A DNA stretch of 64,000 nucleotides. It comes from Monocercomonoides exilis PA203. Its lineage: Eukaryota; Protista; Preaxostyla. Numbering within the stretch: the stretch's first letter is position 1; every line of letters starts with the position of its first letter. The notes beneath the pieces were generated by a model. It worked only from the letters and a program-made list of their open reading frames with translations, did not search any database and was not told the origin of the DNA. The stretch is from the NCBI GenBank assembly GCA_001643675.2, contig LSRY02000062.1, positions 186,001-250,000 on the forward strand, in the 5' to 3' direction. The translations under genes and the position numbers were made by a program. Below, piece after piece: positions 1 through 13,281 of the stretch.

Positions 1-1523
1 TGCTGAAAGTCCAACATTGAAATTCACGACTCTTGGAATAAGTGTCTTTGGATCAACAATAATAAGATCCCCAGTTTTAGAAAATGAGGGAACAAGAAGA
101 AGCAAGCAACGGAGATCGCCTTCTGTTGAACACGAAGAATGAAAATATAAAAATAAAATAAAATCTGCAAATGTTCACACCTTCCACTATCTTCCACTCA
201 AATTGCTTCATTCCTCCTGCAAACAGAATTGAAGGTGTTTCATCGAGGATGAATGGGTCAGTATCGCTGAAGGGGTATACTCCAGTGATGTCTGGTGCTG
301 ATGGGCAGATGTGATTCCATCGGAGCAGCTTTTCGAGTGCATCAAGTGGAGAAAGTGTTGTGAAACGGGTGATGTCATTTAGATTCTGCCCTGAAGTGCC
401 AATCACACTTTTTGATATTATTTATGAGAAGAAATTTCAGTACAGTGTTCGGGAGTAAATAATATAAATAAATTAAATTAAAGAGTTAATAAGCGGGTAA
501 ATGAGATAAGATATAAATGAATGAATGAATGAAAAGTTAATAATAAATTGCATACAGCATGTTATTCACTCTTTCTCGATGAGGATTTGTAGCTGGAATA
601 AAAGTTGACATTTTGAATGATTGAGGAAGAAGAAGATGGTGAAATGGCTGCTGTGGAAGAAAATGATTTGAAGGGTCTTTGCCTCCGGGAATCAAGGCCA
701 CGGTCATAGATTCACAGAGACGTGATACGACTTCGTCCAGTTCCTGCGTTGGACTGACTATCTTCTGTGGTGCATAAGCACTGAATTCTTTAAACTGCCG
801 TTCAATTGGACGAGTTGGTGTCAAAGAACTACCACTAATAACAAGATGAATGTTTGTATTGGAAGACGATGATGATGAAGAAGATTCAAGTCCCGCATTT
901 AATGAGGACAAGTAGTCAGTCGCAAGCTCCAAGCGAAGAGGATCGTGATCAGTTGATCCAATTCGAAGATCTGAGAGAAATGCAATGGAAAATGCTGACG
1001 ATGACATAGCAACTTTTTTTTGAGGTGGAAGTTGAAGTGTGGTAACATCTTCAACTGTAAGCTTTCCTGCTTCTTCAACATGTCCTTTCACAGCCAAAGG
1101 AACTCCCGTCACATATAAATCTGGCGATATATTTCCAATTAATTGCACTCTTGAATGACTATCTTCAAGGAATATGGTATCTTCTGGATCAATGTATTTG
1201 CAATCATCTTTATACAGAGTAGTTAAAGAACGATCCTTTTGAAATTGTTTAATAACGTTTGGCCTTTTTTTGCTTTCTTTAAATACAAGACCGCAAACGC
1301 TTATTGTTAGCGTAGGATCTGTGGTTAAAAGCAAAAGTTGATCTTTGAAAGTTGTATCGGGCCATTTTCTTCGAATCGCTTGTTTAAGTAAAGGTAATGT
1401 AATCGCCTCTCTTTGCGAATATATAGAATCAAATTGATGTGAAAATTCTGGTTTTTTAACGAAGTATTCAGAATCCTCATTTAAAACGCAAACAGTTGGC
1501 TCGCTTTTATTTGTATTTGACAT
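1..1523 (-). CDS. POLD2: DNA polymerase delta small (B) subunit; 3 exons (1523-556, 407-181, 122-<1), stop just beyond the window edge
   Basis: Motifs QFDSIYSQR, FLEDSHSRVQLIG, YVTGVPLAVKG, FLSDLRIG, LIPGGKDPSNHFLPQQPFH, ATNP, IGTSGQNLNDI, LRWNHICPSAPD, YPFSDTDPF. GT-AG introns 408-555 and 123-180 join in frame and give the C-terminus VPSFSKTGDLIIVDPKTL. Confidence 0.92.
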
Positions 1524-1654
1524 TTTTTAATATCAAAAAATTATAAAATGGGGCATTGCATTCGAATTTTTTTATTCGAATTCTATGAATAAGCTTGAAT
1601 ATAACCAATAAAAATGAAAACAATAGTTCTTTTAATGACACCATAATAATTTCA
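1524..1654. promoter_or_regulatory. Short (~130 bp) divergent intergenic region, likely bidirectional promoter
   Basis: POLD2 ATG at 1523 (-) and the inferred ATG of the next gene at 1655 (+) are head-to-head. Confidence 0.5.
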
Positions 1655-2870
1655 ATGTCAATCATAAAATGGTCATTTGATGTTTGTGTGCAGTCATTGA
1701 AATTCAATACATCATTATCGGAATTTGAAAATCCATTCATTATATTTAGGTATGGACATGAACTTTCTTTAATATTTTTTGCTTTATGAAACGTCATAAT
1801 TAGATTTTCAAATTTACCTTCTGTAGCAATAAAAGTTCGAGAGAGAAATGGTAAATTAATTCCAGATGCTGTGGCAGGAGCATTTTCCGCAACTGATAGT
1901 TTGAATAGCGTTTTGTTTTAATAATAAAAATGTTAAGCAAAATTATCTTTCAGAAACAGTTGAATCAATGGCAAAAGATCGAGTTAGACTTCTCATTGTT
2001 GATTCATTATCTAAAAAAGAAACAGAAATTCTTGGAGTGACATATTTTCCTGTGCTACCTATTTTGGATCAGATGCCTGAATGGGTTTCCGCAATTCTTC
2101 AAATTACAGATATTGATGACAATCCAGTTGGAAATATGAGTTGTGCGTTTAGAATTGTGAGATATGGCGAACAATTTTTAACGACATTTGAGCCAATCGA
2201 AAAGCCACCTCAAAAATCATATGCAGTTTGCACATGTGGGAAAACATTCAGACGGTTTTGCCCAATTCATGGAGAAGAACCTGAAGATATTGTCAGTACC
2301 CAGCTGCAAACAGATCCCATTCAACGGCCACCTCCATCGCCTCCATCGCCTCCTCCTCCACCTCCACCGCCACCTCCTCCTCCTCCAAAAATACGACTTC
2401 CTTCGCCACCACCAGTCGTGAAGAAGAAGAAGAAGAAAGATCCGTATACAGATCTTGTTGCGAAAGGCTCGAGACGTCATTGGATTCCTTCGCCTGCAAA
2501 AACAACGCCTGCTAATCAAGAAGATGGGAGGAATTACACACAGGAAGAGATGTGGCTTCTTCGGCAGACTCAGTCATTTGTTCAAAAACTTGACGACTCA
2601 ATAGCAAAGACAAAGGAAAAGCAACGCCGTTTAGAAAGACTTGAGCGATCGAGAAGAGCTTTAACAGAAAGGAGCATAAGAAAAGAGTTTGAAGAAGAAA
2701 TGGAAAGGATGAGGTTTTCGATGGGAGATTCGCAGAAAGATCCCCGTGATGAGATGGAAGATGTCGATGAATCAAATTTGATGTGGCTCAAAGACACTGC
2801 AGCATCAAAAACTGCATTAACACCTTTGAAAGATGAAGAAGAAGAGTCTTCTGCTTATGGATTTTCTTGA
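1655..2870 (+). CDS. Protein with N-terminal C2-like (MAP10/DUF4497-like) domain, polyproline tract and coiled coil; 3 exons
   Basis: Spliced reading MSIIKWSFDVCVQSLKF...PFIIFR|FSNLPSVAIKV...ATD|KTVESMAKDRVRLLIVD...VGNMSCAFRIVRYGEQFLTTF, using introns ~1750-1803 and ~1899-1953. The pattern resembles the MAP10/DUF4497 C2 fold. Family call is from memory. Confidence 0.5.
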
Positions 2871-3284
2871 TAATGTCGATTATAATAGTTTTGTTTTATT
2901 TTTTTATAACGAACCTTTTTTATAATTTTGTTTTACTTTCATGTTTAAGTTTGTAACATAAGTGAAACAACAAAGCACAAATTGTTGATGGAAAGATGAT
3001 AAATGTACAATGACAATAAAATAAAAGATCATATCCATTGAAATGATACAAAAAGGTAATAAAACATATTTTGAATTCAAAAAACCGTCGAAATGCCTTC
3101 CAATCAGGTTTGAAACGAATAAACAAAGTGAAATGGATGAAAATTTACAAAATGTATGTGGTTGATGTGAAGTGTATGTGGCGTTGATCATCAAATGTCA
3201 AGAACAATCCTCCAAAAGAAAGAACGAGAAGAGTTGATGTTTGATATTTGAATTGGCAAATAAAATCCAAAGCAATTTTGACTT

Positions 3285-6200
3285 TCATGTTTTGTTTTCT
3301 GTTTTCGGACTGAAGAATGACATGATTGATATTTGCCTTGCTTTGCTAGGCGATCGAATGGGAGAGGAAGGAAGATGTGAAATGGCTTGGGACTTAGAGC
3401 GAGTCTGTGAAGTGTGTGCGGCTGATGAACTTCGCAGTCTTCTGGGCTTATTCCGAGAAGGCGAGTCATCGTCGCTGCTTTGCTGCTGGTATTCTTCCGA
3501 TTCTTCTTCGGATTCTTCATCTTTTTCGTTTGTTTCGTCTGTTTTGTCGCTTTTGTCGATTGTTTTTGTTGATATTTGTGAACTCCTTTCGGATGAGTTG
3601 TGTTCTTTTGACTTCGCAATTTCTAATTTTTCTTTGCTTTCATCGTTATTTTGGTTCTCTTCACCTGATATTTTTGTTTCTTTTGAAGATGCTTCTTTTC
3701 TCTTTGTCTCATCATCATCTTCTTCTTCTTCTTCGCCTTTGTGTTTTTCCTCTTCATTGGAGCTTTCTCCTTCTGCATTTCGTGTTGATTCTCCTTCTTT
3801 CTCCTCTGTCTTTTCGCTTTCTTGTTTCGTCTCGTCTTTCTTCTGCTTCGGTTTTATTATTCTTCTTCTTATTCCTTCTGGATTTCTCGAAAAGTTCTCG
3901 TCAATCGATGCAATCTCTTTCGTTTCATTGCTCTCTGCTGTGTGATGGCGTGTCGGAATGATCCTCACTTTCCCTTTCCATCTCTCTTCCTCTCTCTTCC
4001 TTCGCTCATCCATTTTTCTGTCGTTTTCTGCTTTCCTCCTCCTTTCCTCTTCTTCTCGTTCTTTTCTTCTCTTCGCCTTCGCTTCTTGCAGCTCTTTTTC
4101 TCTGTTTGCCTCCCTCTGCTTTTGTGCCTCATCTGTGTCTGTTTCGCTGCTATCTTTCGATTCCTTTGATGTCTTGGCTGATTTTTTGTCTGATTTTTGT
4201 TTTGATTCTGATTCCTTTTCTTTCTCTTTCTCTTTCTCTTTCTCTTTCTCTCCTTTTTTCTCTGATGGCTTTCTTTTCTCGCTTGTTTGTTTCTGCTTTT
4301 TTGACGCTGATTTTTCCTTCTCTTTTTCTCTTTCTCTTTCTCTTTCCTTTTCTTTTTCCCTTTCCTTTTCTTCTTTCTCCTTTTCTTCTTTTTCTCTCTC
4401 TTCTTTTTCCATTGCAAATATCAATCGATTCTTTGTTATCCGCTTTGTCGATGCATATTTTTTCAATTCTTCCTCTTCCAATTCCTTCTGTTTCCGTTCC
4501 TCCTCCTTTTTCTTTATCCTCTTTTCTTTCGCCTCCATCAATTTTTGCCTCTGTCTTTCTGCTTCTTCTTCAATCAGCCTTTGCCTCTCTTCTTCGCTCA
4601 TCTGCTCCATTTCCATCTGCTTTCTCTTCTCTTCTTCTTCTCTCAGTTGAGCCCTTCTTTTCTTCTCTTCCATTCTGATTCTCTTTTGCTCCCTCCTTTT
4701 CTGTGCAGCTGTCTCTGCTTTTGTACGCCCTTCTGCATTTCCAGCTTCTCCTCTGTTTGAAGTGTCTGCCATTGCACTTTCAACAGCCGTGCCATCGTTC
4801 TCTCCAGTCTCTCCTTCCATCCCAATTCCCTTCCTTCGAACTTCATCGCTTGATGCACTTCTCTTCTCCTGTGCCATTCCTCCTGACAATGCTGCTCTGT
4901 TGTGCTGCTTGCGCCGTATTCCTCCTTCTGATTCAATCGAGTCGAGTTCGATGCTGCTGCTCTCCAACTCTCTCTCCAAGTCATCTGAACTACTTCTGTC
5001 TTCTTTGCTGTTGGAATTCCCTTTCTTTTCTTTGTTGTCTTCTTCTCCTTCATCGTCTTCTTCAATTCTCACTGAATTTCCAGCTGAATGTGAGCCACTT
5101 TCTCTTCCAAACGCTTTTCTTCCCCTTCTTTTCGGTTCTTCTTTCTCTTCTGACTCTTTGTTTGTGATTCGGAATATTATCTTGTTTATTCTCGCCCGCT
5201 TCGATTTTGTTTGCTGCTGCTGCTGGAAAGTCACTCTGTTGTCTTTTGTGCTGCTTCCTATTTTCTGTGACGAGTACACTTTTGTGCTAGCATTCGCCAA
5301 ACTCGACAGCGAACTCGATATTTTGAATTTGAACCTGTTTTTCGACTGCTCTCTCGTGTTTTGCTTCAGCCTGAGTCTCTTTCTGCGCCTTTTGACGTCG
5401 CTGCCCTGGTCGTCCTTGTCGTATCCTTTGTCTGTGTCTTGTTCTGCGCCATATCCCTCTTCATCCAGATGCATCTGCGAAGAGTCCTTCTTCTGTGGCG
5501 ATATTTTCACTCCGCCTGTGATTGAAGAGATGAGAATAGGGGACAGAGGAGACGACTGATGCAGATCCATTTTGATGTTCTGAGGATTGTCTGTGTCTGA
5601 ATGATCAGAATCTTCGCCGTCTGTTGGCTGGTTCATTTCATCGTCAGAAGACTCGAGTGTTATCGTCTTCTTTCCTGTGCTGTCTTCTGCGAAGGATTTT
5701 GCTGCTTCTTTTGTTTTATTCGCATTCAATTTCAGCTTCAATTTCTGTGCAAATGTCAGTTTCTGTGTTCCTTTCGATGTTTTGCTTTGTTTTTGAGCAC
5801 TTTCTTCCTCCTTCTCTTTGGCTTGTTTTTCCTTCAGTTCTTTCACATCTTTCCATTTCAACCGTTTCGTTGTCGTTTCTTTTGATTCTTTTCTGTCGCT
5901 TTGTTCTGAATCTTCTGTTCCATCCACTTTTCTAATCTTTTTTGTGTTTGTTGTTTTCCTTCTGCCTCTTGTTTTGTTAGTTTCTGAGCTTTCATCACTT
6001 CCTTTTATCTTCAAAAGATTTCCTTTCGATTCTTTCTCTGCACTTTCCTCTAATTCACTCCTGGCACCTTCTGCTTCCTCCTCTCCTTCTTCGTCTTCAT
6101 CTTCCTCTCTCACAATCAATTTCCTTCTTAGCTTCTCTTTCGAAGAACTGTAAGCTGGATCATAAACAATCAATGAGCCATCAATTTTGCGGAATGGCAC

Positions 6201-7480
6201 ATCCCCATCATCCTCAAAGCGAATGTAATATGAAGACGGCTGATAAATCGACTGGGTCTGTTGAGATGGCTGGAGGGGTGCTTGTGAAGTGCTTTTAGTT
6301 GTTTGAGTTGATGTCGTGGAAGTTAAAGAAGAAGAAGAAGATGTTGCAGAAGAACTAGTTTCGCCAAGTAATGAGTTCGATGTGTTTTGAGTTTCTGAGA
6401 CATTTTCTGTGTTCTGAGAAGGATCGCTAAGACCAGAAAGGCTGCTCTCTTCTTGAAGCTTTTTGACTTCTCGTTCATTTCTTCCTATTTCTGTGATAAC
6501 GCCTGGGTAGAATACAGTTGTGTGAGGAAACACTGCCAGCACATGATCTCCAGGCTCAAGAGGCTTTTGCTTCAGCTCTAATTGGGCCGCTGATCCAATT
6601 GTGGGCATAATAAAGTTATATGGTAGAAAATAATACGGTCGTTTCGCTGGTAGTTGATCTTCATCGGAATCGAGGATTTCAAAATAACTTAATGTTTTTT
6701 TTTATGAATGTTTGAATTGTTGATTCCAATAACCAATCAGAAAACAATATAAAAAATTGATTCGAATAATTAAATTCATTGCAAAAACAATATGATTGAG
6801 GGTGCAAACCAAGGAGGATTTATTCCACTTGGAAGAGGAAAGACGGCTGTAACTTCAGCAAGAATCCAAGCTGAAGTTGGCTCTCCAAGATCGCTTGGCT
6901 GTAAACATGCAGCAACTTTTGTTCCAAGTGCATAATTTTTGCAAAACAAAAGTGATTTATATGTTTTTTCAATTGGCAACTGATATGGAAATTCAACAGC
7001 AACATGAAGTTCGTTTCTTGACAAATCTGTATCAGAAACAGATGATGTTTCAATTTCCATTTTTTCTTTTGTGCTTGGAGGTTCTTGTATTTTAATTTCT
7101 TTTTTTGTGCTTGAAGCTTTTGTTGATTTAAGTGTTCGGACTGAAATCAAAAAATTATAATAAATAAAAAATTGACAACTAATTAAAAGTAATAAAATGC
7201 ATTACGTACCATTATGAATTGCACGTGATAGCAATTTTATAATTTTTGCAAGGGAAAGTTGGCGAAACAATATATGTCTCATTTGTTTTGTGTATGATGT
7301 TAAAACAGGTTTTGCTGTGTTGCCAATTTGATCACCATACAATGATGTAAAAATCAATGCATCATGTATTGTTGAATAAGCAGTAACTAAATTGTTTTGT
7401 ATTTGAGCATACTGACATAAATAAATCTTTAGATAAAAATTAATTTCTTCTTCCATTAAATTAATATGGTCTTCAAACAT
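3285..7480 (-). CDS. SGF29: SGF29-like double-Tudor (SAGA H3K4me reader) protein with ~950-aa charged low-complexity C-terminal extension; at least 3 exons
   Basis: Tudor 1: GTKVAACLQ...AWILAEVTAV...YFEILDSDED. Tudor 2: GDHVLAVFPHTTVFYPGVI...YYIRFEDDG. These match the SGF29 signatures WILAEV, LALYPQTTCFY and VLFED. Confidence 0.75.
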
Positions 7481-7608
7481 CAGATTCCAAAACTCGATTG
7501 ATTCGTTAATACATTTAATTTTAAAACCTGAATAAAATCAATTCGCATTTCAGTTTGAATATACAAGTTTTAATTTGTTATGTTTTTGATCATACTGATG
7601 CAAGACGA
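7481..7608. promoter_or_regulatory. Short divergent intergenic region between the SGF29-like and ATG18-like genes
   Basis: Head-to-head ATGs at 7480 (-) and 7609 (+). Both starts are inferred. Confidence 0.4.
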
Positions 7609-10147
7609 ATGCAAGTTTATGATAAAGAAAGAAAAGTTCAGTATATTTCTTTCAATCATCTAGGTTCTAGCATTCATGTAGGCACTGAAAGGGGTTATTA
7701 TACGTTTAATACGGGTACTCTTGCGTTGGAAGCTGAAGGATGTACGAATTGTTATTTTTCATTTGAATTAATTTTTATTTTTTTATAATTTTTATTTCTT
7801 GAAAATGCAGCGAATTCTCGTGATATAATTCAGACCGAGCAAGTATTTAGAACATCTCTACTTGTAAGTCTATCATTGTTACGAAGGCACGGAGAATTGT
7901 TTAATTCTGTGACCTTTCATTCGACGAAGCGTCAATTTGAATTTAAGGAATATGTTTTCCAGCGAAAAATTATGAAATTGCTTGGGAATATGGAACAGTT
8001 TGAAATTTTCTGTGATTTTGAAATACTATGTGTTTTAATAGTTTTTTGATAGTTTTTGAATCAACTATCCTTATTTTTTCACTTGCAAATTATACTCCAA
8101 TTGCTCGTATAGAATTTGCATCTCCTATTTTAACGTCGATGAATGTTGCTCTAACTGCTAGGCATAACAATGATTCAATAGATTTTAAGTGTAGTTTTTC
8201 TAAGATTGCATTTCCTATTCCTCCTGGTCGTGGACGTATAGCTATAATTGACGTTGGGTCAATATTATCTAATCCATTAATGGAAAAAGTTTCTGAAGTT
8301 TTTATTCCGTTTCCATCAAAATCCACAAAGAAAGGATCAATGAATTTGATGAATGGATTGATAACTATATTTCCCGATGAAAATGAGAAAGACATTCAAG
8401 AAAAGGATGATGAAGATTTTGATGATGAAATTGCAGAAGAGCAATTAGAAGATCAAAATGAAGGAATTTTTAATGCAGCATCTCGTGATAATGTGCCAGT
8501 TGAAATAGAAGATTCAACAAAAATTGATGCGGCTCATAAACAAGATAGCAAATCAATGCAAAGGGGTGATCACAGACGGACGCTTTGGGAGTCGCATTAT
8601 TCTGTCACGACGAATGAAATGCCAACGCACATTCCAGCAATGGTTGTGGATGATACATTGAAGACATTGCCTTTTTCCTCTTATTCTCTTCACTCTCCTC
8701 AAACACCTCTTTCACCTTTGTCTGCAATTACATCACGCACAAACTCTGCCTCTTCTTTATCTTCAGCTGGTTCAATGAACAAAATCTCATCTGCATCGTC
8801 ATTGTCTTCAGCGAAATTGCCTCCTCGTCCTCCTCGCACTTCATCAACATTATCGATATCATCTCGTTCATCTGCATCATCATTAACTTCATCATCATCT
8901 TCTTCTTCTTCTGCATCTACTTCCTCTTCTTCTCCATTGTCATCTTCTTCTGCTTCCTTTTCTACCAGTTCATCATCCACTTCACCAATCACTTCGTCAC
9001 ATTCACCAAATGCACTGTCATCGCCCCTCGTGTCTTCTGCCTGTTCGATTTCTTCTTCTCCTTCAGAAGATGCTTCATCGCCTCCTCTGCTGTGCTTTGA
9101 TTCATTCACTGAACCTGTTCGCGTGTTAGCATTCAGCAGAGACGGATCGTTATTGGCAGCTGCCGATGAAAAGGTAGGAATGAAGAGAAGCATCTGTTTA
9201 TTATTCCATGTTGTTATTGTTAATAACTTTAAACTTGAAATTTAAGAAAGAATTTTTAAATAAAAAACTTTTGTATTCTATTTTTTATTTGTTTTTTATT
9301 TTTGAAATTTGATTGTTTATTTGTATTGTTTTGTGTGTGTGTATATACTTTATTTTAGGGCTTTTCTGTTCATGTGCACGACACCTCCACTGGGCAGTTG
9401 TTGTTCAATTGTGTCCGCACTTCAATTGGCCGTGCGTCTGCAGTGTGTTGCATTGCCATCAGCACAGACAATCAGTTCTTGGCGATATCTTCTGATAGAA
9501 AGACTATCCACATATACCGTTTGCCTTCTCGCCAGGCTCTGAACTTGCAAACAGTTCGAGATGAAAGCAGAGGGAAAGAACAGAATTTGTCTGAAAAATC
9601 TGCATCGGGATTGGAAAGAACAGAGCAGGAACTGACCGCAAAGTCGCCTTCTGCTTTGTCATCTGCCTCAGAAGCTCAAAGTGTCAGTACTCGAATTTCT
9701 TCCTCCTCCTCCTCTTCCTCCTCTATCACTTCTACTGCTTCTTCTTCTAATAGCGCAATCAAAAAAGCTCCACAGAGAGAAAGACCTCCTCCTCGAAAAA
9801 GCTTTTTGGGTGCTTTGTGGTCTGGTGCTGTTTCTGTTGTTTCTCCTTTTTTCACCTCGGCTTCATCTGCATCTCCGACTTCTTCTTCATCTTCATCTTC
9901 TTCATCTTCTTCTTCTGCTTCTTCTCCGCTTTCTTCTGCTTTGACTCTTCACGACTTCACTTCAATTAACACAGTTCAGCTTCGAAAGCAGCATACTCGT
10001 GCCCAGCTGTCATTTGTGACTGACGAAAAGGAGAGGAATATTCTTCTTGTTGCCTTTTCAGATGGATTCCTTGCAAAGTTTGTTCTGCCTACGGAAGCTG
10101 GCAAACCATGCCAAATGTTAGGTGGGCTAACTTCTTTCATGAAATAA
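7609..10147 (+). CDS. ATG18: ATG18/WIPI (PROPPIN)-like WD40 beta-propeller, multi-exon, with large Ser-rich insertions
   Basis: YISFNHLGSSIHVGTERGYYTFN, EPVRVLAFSRDGSLLAAADEK|G and IAISTDNQFLAISSDRKTIHIYRL align with the Atg18 blocks FNQD..LAVGT..GY, ATASEKGT and SS.T.TVHIFKL. Introns near 7742-7810, 7998-8051 and 9173-9358. Confidence 0.75.
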
Positions 10148-10740
10148 TAGAGCTTTTCCCATTTAATTTAGCTAATGTTCGTCTTGTTGTGAAAATATAT
10201 TTGCAGATTTAAATAGGTTAGATTGTTATTGAACAAGTCTGCATTAAAGATAGGTTATATTGCCTTTTATTTTTTGAAGATTTTTATCTGGTTTATTGGT
10301 TTTTATTTACAATGTAGAATATTTGAAATTTTTCCTTCAGGAATTTTTCTTTAATATTTGCAATGTAAGTTTATTGATATTTCATTTTGTGTTGTTTGGC
10401 AATCTTAATTTAGCTTTTCTTTAATATATTACATAACGTGCAATATTTGTTTTCTGTTTAATTCTTGTATAAATGTTAATTTTACTTTATTTTATTTATT
10501 TGTTATTTGTTATTTGTTATAATTATTATTTTTTTTTTCATTCGATTTTTTTTTTCATCTTATTTGCTGTTGTGTGCTTTAAAAATCAAATTTCAAATGA
10601 AATTTACTAATATTATTGTGTTTGTTTTTTAATCCACAGTATTTTGGGAATTGGTGAATAGGTAAGTGGGAACAAAATGTCCAGTTGAAAAAGGATTTCA
10701 TTTTACTATCTTTCAAAAGAAAATCCAATAATATGTTTTA

Positions 10741-13281
10741 CCATCGTTCAAAAACCCGGGAATTTTTCAAAAACCCGGATTTCAAGAAAAAATGAAATCT
10801 GATAATCTCTTTCAAAAGCATTTTCAACAATATATTTATTTTCCGTAAAGTATCGATATTAATTTTCTATCCAAATAAAGATCATTTTTCGTTAAAATTC
10901 AATTCGCCTTGTTGAGAGAATCAATTTGATCTTTTGCTCATTTCTCAATAAGAAATCAAAAAAAATCAATACCAGCAATTCCGTGAAGAACTATTATTGT
11001 TCAATGAGTACTGTACTATTGCATTTTTTGTTGCACAAACAAGAAATCAATATTAATTCTCACATTTTTTCAATCATGATCATGTGATAAACCCATATTA
11101 ATGACAATTTCAAAAGAATTATCGTTGCCTGAGTTGAGAAAGGAACTTGCCACATCTGATATTAGGAGGCTGAAAACAATTTCTCAAAAAATATTCGAAC
11201 TTCGAAAAGATCATTTGATTACAAAGAAAGTAGCTGTAGATTCTGGCACAATTTCTAGCGGTTCGTTGTACAGAGGAATAGCTGCAGAAAAGCAAAAAAG
11301 ACCTGCGGGAGTGAACGGAAGACCACCAATAATTACACAAGATTTTATAGAAAAAATGGAGAATCAAGTTATTGTTCTTCTTTCAAAAGGTGAAACAAGT
11401 AGAGTGAAGGACGTGCACAAAATGGTTTTTGTTATTTTTTATCAAGGAAATTAATTTTTCGAAGTATTTTTAGATTGTGGAGCATCTTGAGCAATCATTG
11501 CATGACGAAGAAGAGATAAAAATTCCAGGTTTAACTGCAGCGTATTACACGATTCAAAGAAGCAGTGTTTTGAAATCAGCGCTTTCCAAACCTTTGGACA
11601 CAGCAAAAATATCTACACAATCATCGAGTTCTATACAAAAATGGTTCGAAGAAATAAATCAGATTGTAAATGACAATGATATTAGTGCTTCAGGAATATT
11701 TAATTTCGACGAAACTTCAGTCCATTTTGAAGACAATTCTTGCAAACTGGTGGTTTGTTTGCAAAATCAGAAACCCCCTTCTACCCCGTTACCAAAAAAA
11801 ACTTCAAACACAACTTTATACCTTTGTGTACGTGCGGATGGCTCTTGTTTACCTTCATATCCTCTTTGGCCAGCAAAAAAAACACCTTCAGAATTTCTCA
11901 CACTTTCTTCATTCAATATCAACTATATTTTTGCTTCATCTGGCTGGATAACAACGAAAATATTCGAAAAAATAATGTGCGAAAACTGGCTAGTTCAAAT
12001 TGAAGAAAAAATGAAAAAAGGAGGAATAAAATCGTCGTTATTTCTAATGGATATTCATTCATCACACTGCAGTGAAGCCGTTGAAACGTTTGCAAGAAAA
12101 AGAAACATCATCATCAAAAAATTTCCACCAAATTTGACTCATCTGCTTCAACCGTGCGATAACTCAATATTTGTAAGGTTCAAAAAAACGTACAACAACA
12201 ACTTCAAAACTTCATCTGATCGTTCTTCTTCTGCATTTCGCTCCGCTGTTTTTGACATTCTCCCAGAAGCACTTTCTGCAGCCACAACTCCATCAAATAT
12301 TAAACATGCATTCAAACAAACAGGTGTATGGCCGGTCAAATCTACTCCGGTATTGGAAAGAATAAGCTGGAAACCAGAAAGAAACCAATCATTATGTGTT
12401 GAAAAAAACAAAGAACGATTGTATGGAAGATTTTCTCCAAAGAAAAAGAAATATGAAGAAAAAACTCTTGAGAACTTGAAAACTGATATTGAAAAAGGCA
12501 AAACAATTAAGAATGGAAAAGACGAAGAAAGAAAAAAAACTTCAGCAATCAGTGATGCATCAATTTTGATGAAGAAGAAAAAGAAACAAACTAGAAATGA
12601 ATTTTTGAAACTGATGAGAAATGAAGAAAAGGATGAGATTGCTATGATGAATATTTCAAGAAAAGAAAATGAAATAAAAGTGAAAAGAAAACGTGGAGAA
12701 AATGTTTGAGGATAGAGTACAATGACGATACAAGTGATGATGAAAATGCGAAGACTATTTGAAGCATGATCTTATTATAACAACGCTTTTCATCGTGAAA
12801 TTAGTTGCTTGATATTCGATAAATCCAGAGAAATTGCATTTTATCTTTTTGAAAAATTAAAAGGTTTGATTCTTTTATTCGAATTCCATTTGTTTCCTCA
12901 TTTCATCAGACGCTATCGAATATTAGAATATTCACACAATTAATGGATTTTGTTGGAAAAAGCAAATGAAAATAGAAACAAATGATTTCATTCGTTGTGA
13001 ATTATTCGTTAGAATAAATATTGATAAAACAAGTTTTATGAAATAATTTTTGAAATATGCAATTCACGATAACCGAAAGAATAACAAAATAATTTTTGAA
13101 AAACTCATATTTCTTTCTAAAAGAATGAACAATTCTTTCATTAACATATGAATTATCAAGAGTTCGAACATCATTTAACTGTTGAACGCGTATGAAAGAA
13201 AAATGTCAAGAACGAATGAATGATCTTTCAACATGATGGATGTCCGGGTTTTTGAAAAATTCCCGGGTTTTTGAACGATGG
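10741..13281 (+). mobile_element. Full-length pogo/Fot1-like DNA transposon (2541 bp) with perfect 39-bp TIRs
   Basis: 10741-10779 CCATCGTTCAAAAACCCGGGAATTTTTCAAAAACCCGGA is the exact reverse complement of 13243-13281. Each TIR has two TTCAAAAACCCGG direct repeats. TA is present on the left flank. Confidence 0.93.
11101..12709 (+). CDS. DDE_1 (pogo/CENP-B family) transposase, DD35D, ~519 aa; 2 exons (11101-11424, 11474-12709)
   Basis: IFNFDETS, SSGWIT, FLMDIHSSH and PPNLTHLLQPCD, with 35 residues between the 2nd and 3rd Asp. A 49-bp GT-AG phase-0 intron (11425-11473) joins the N-terminal HTH ORF in frame. Confidence 0.9.

Noticed and set aside
3241-6153. Long + strand ORFs rich in Ser/Phe/Leu
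   Set aside because: Antisense shadows of the Lys/Glu-rich SGF29 tail, with no independent domain signal. The same applies to the antisense ORFs over the giant gene and the formin.
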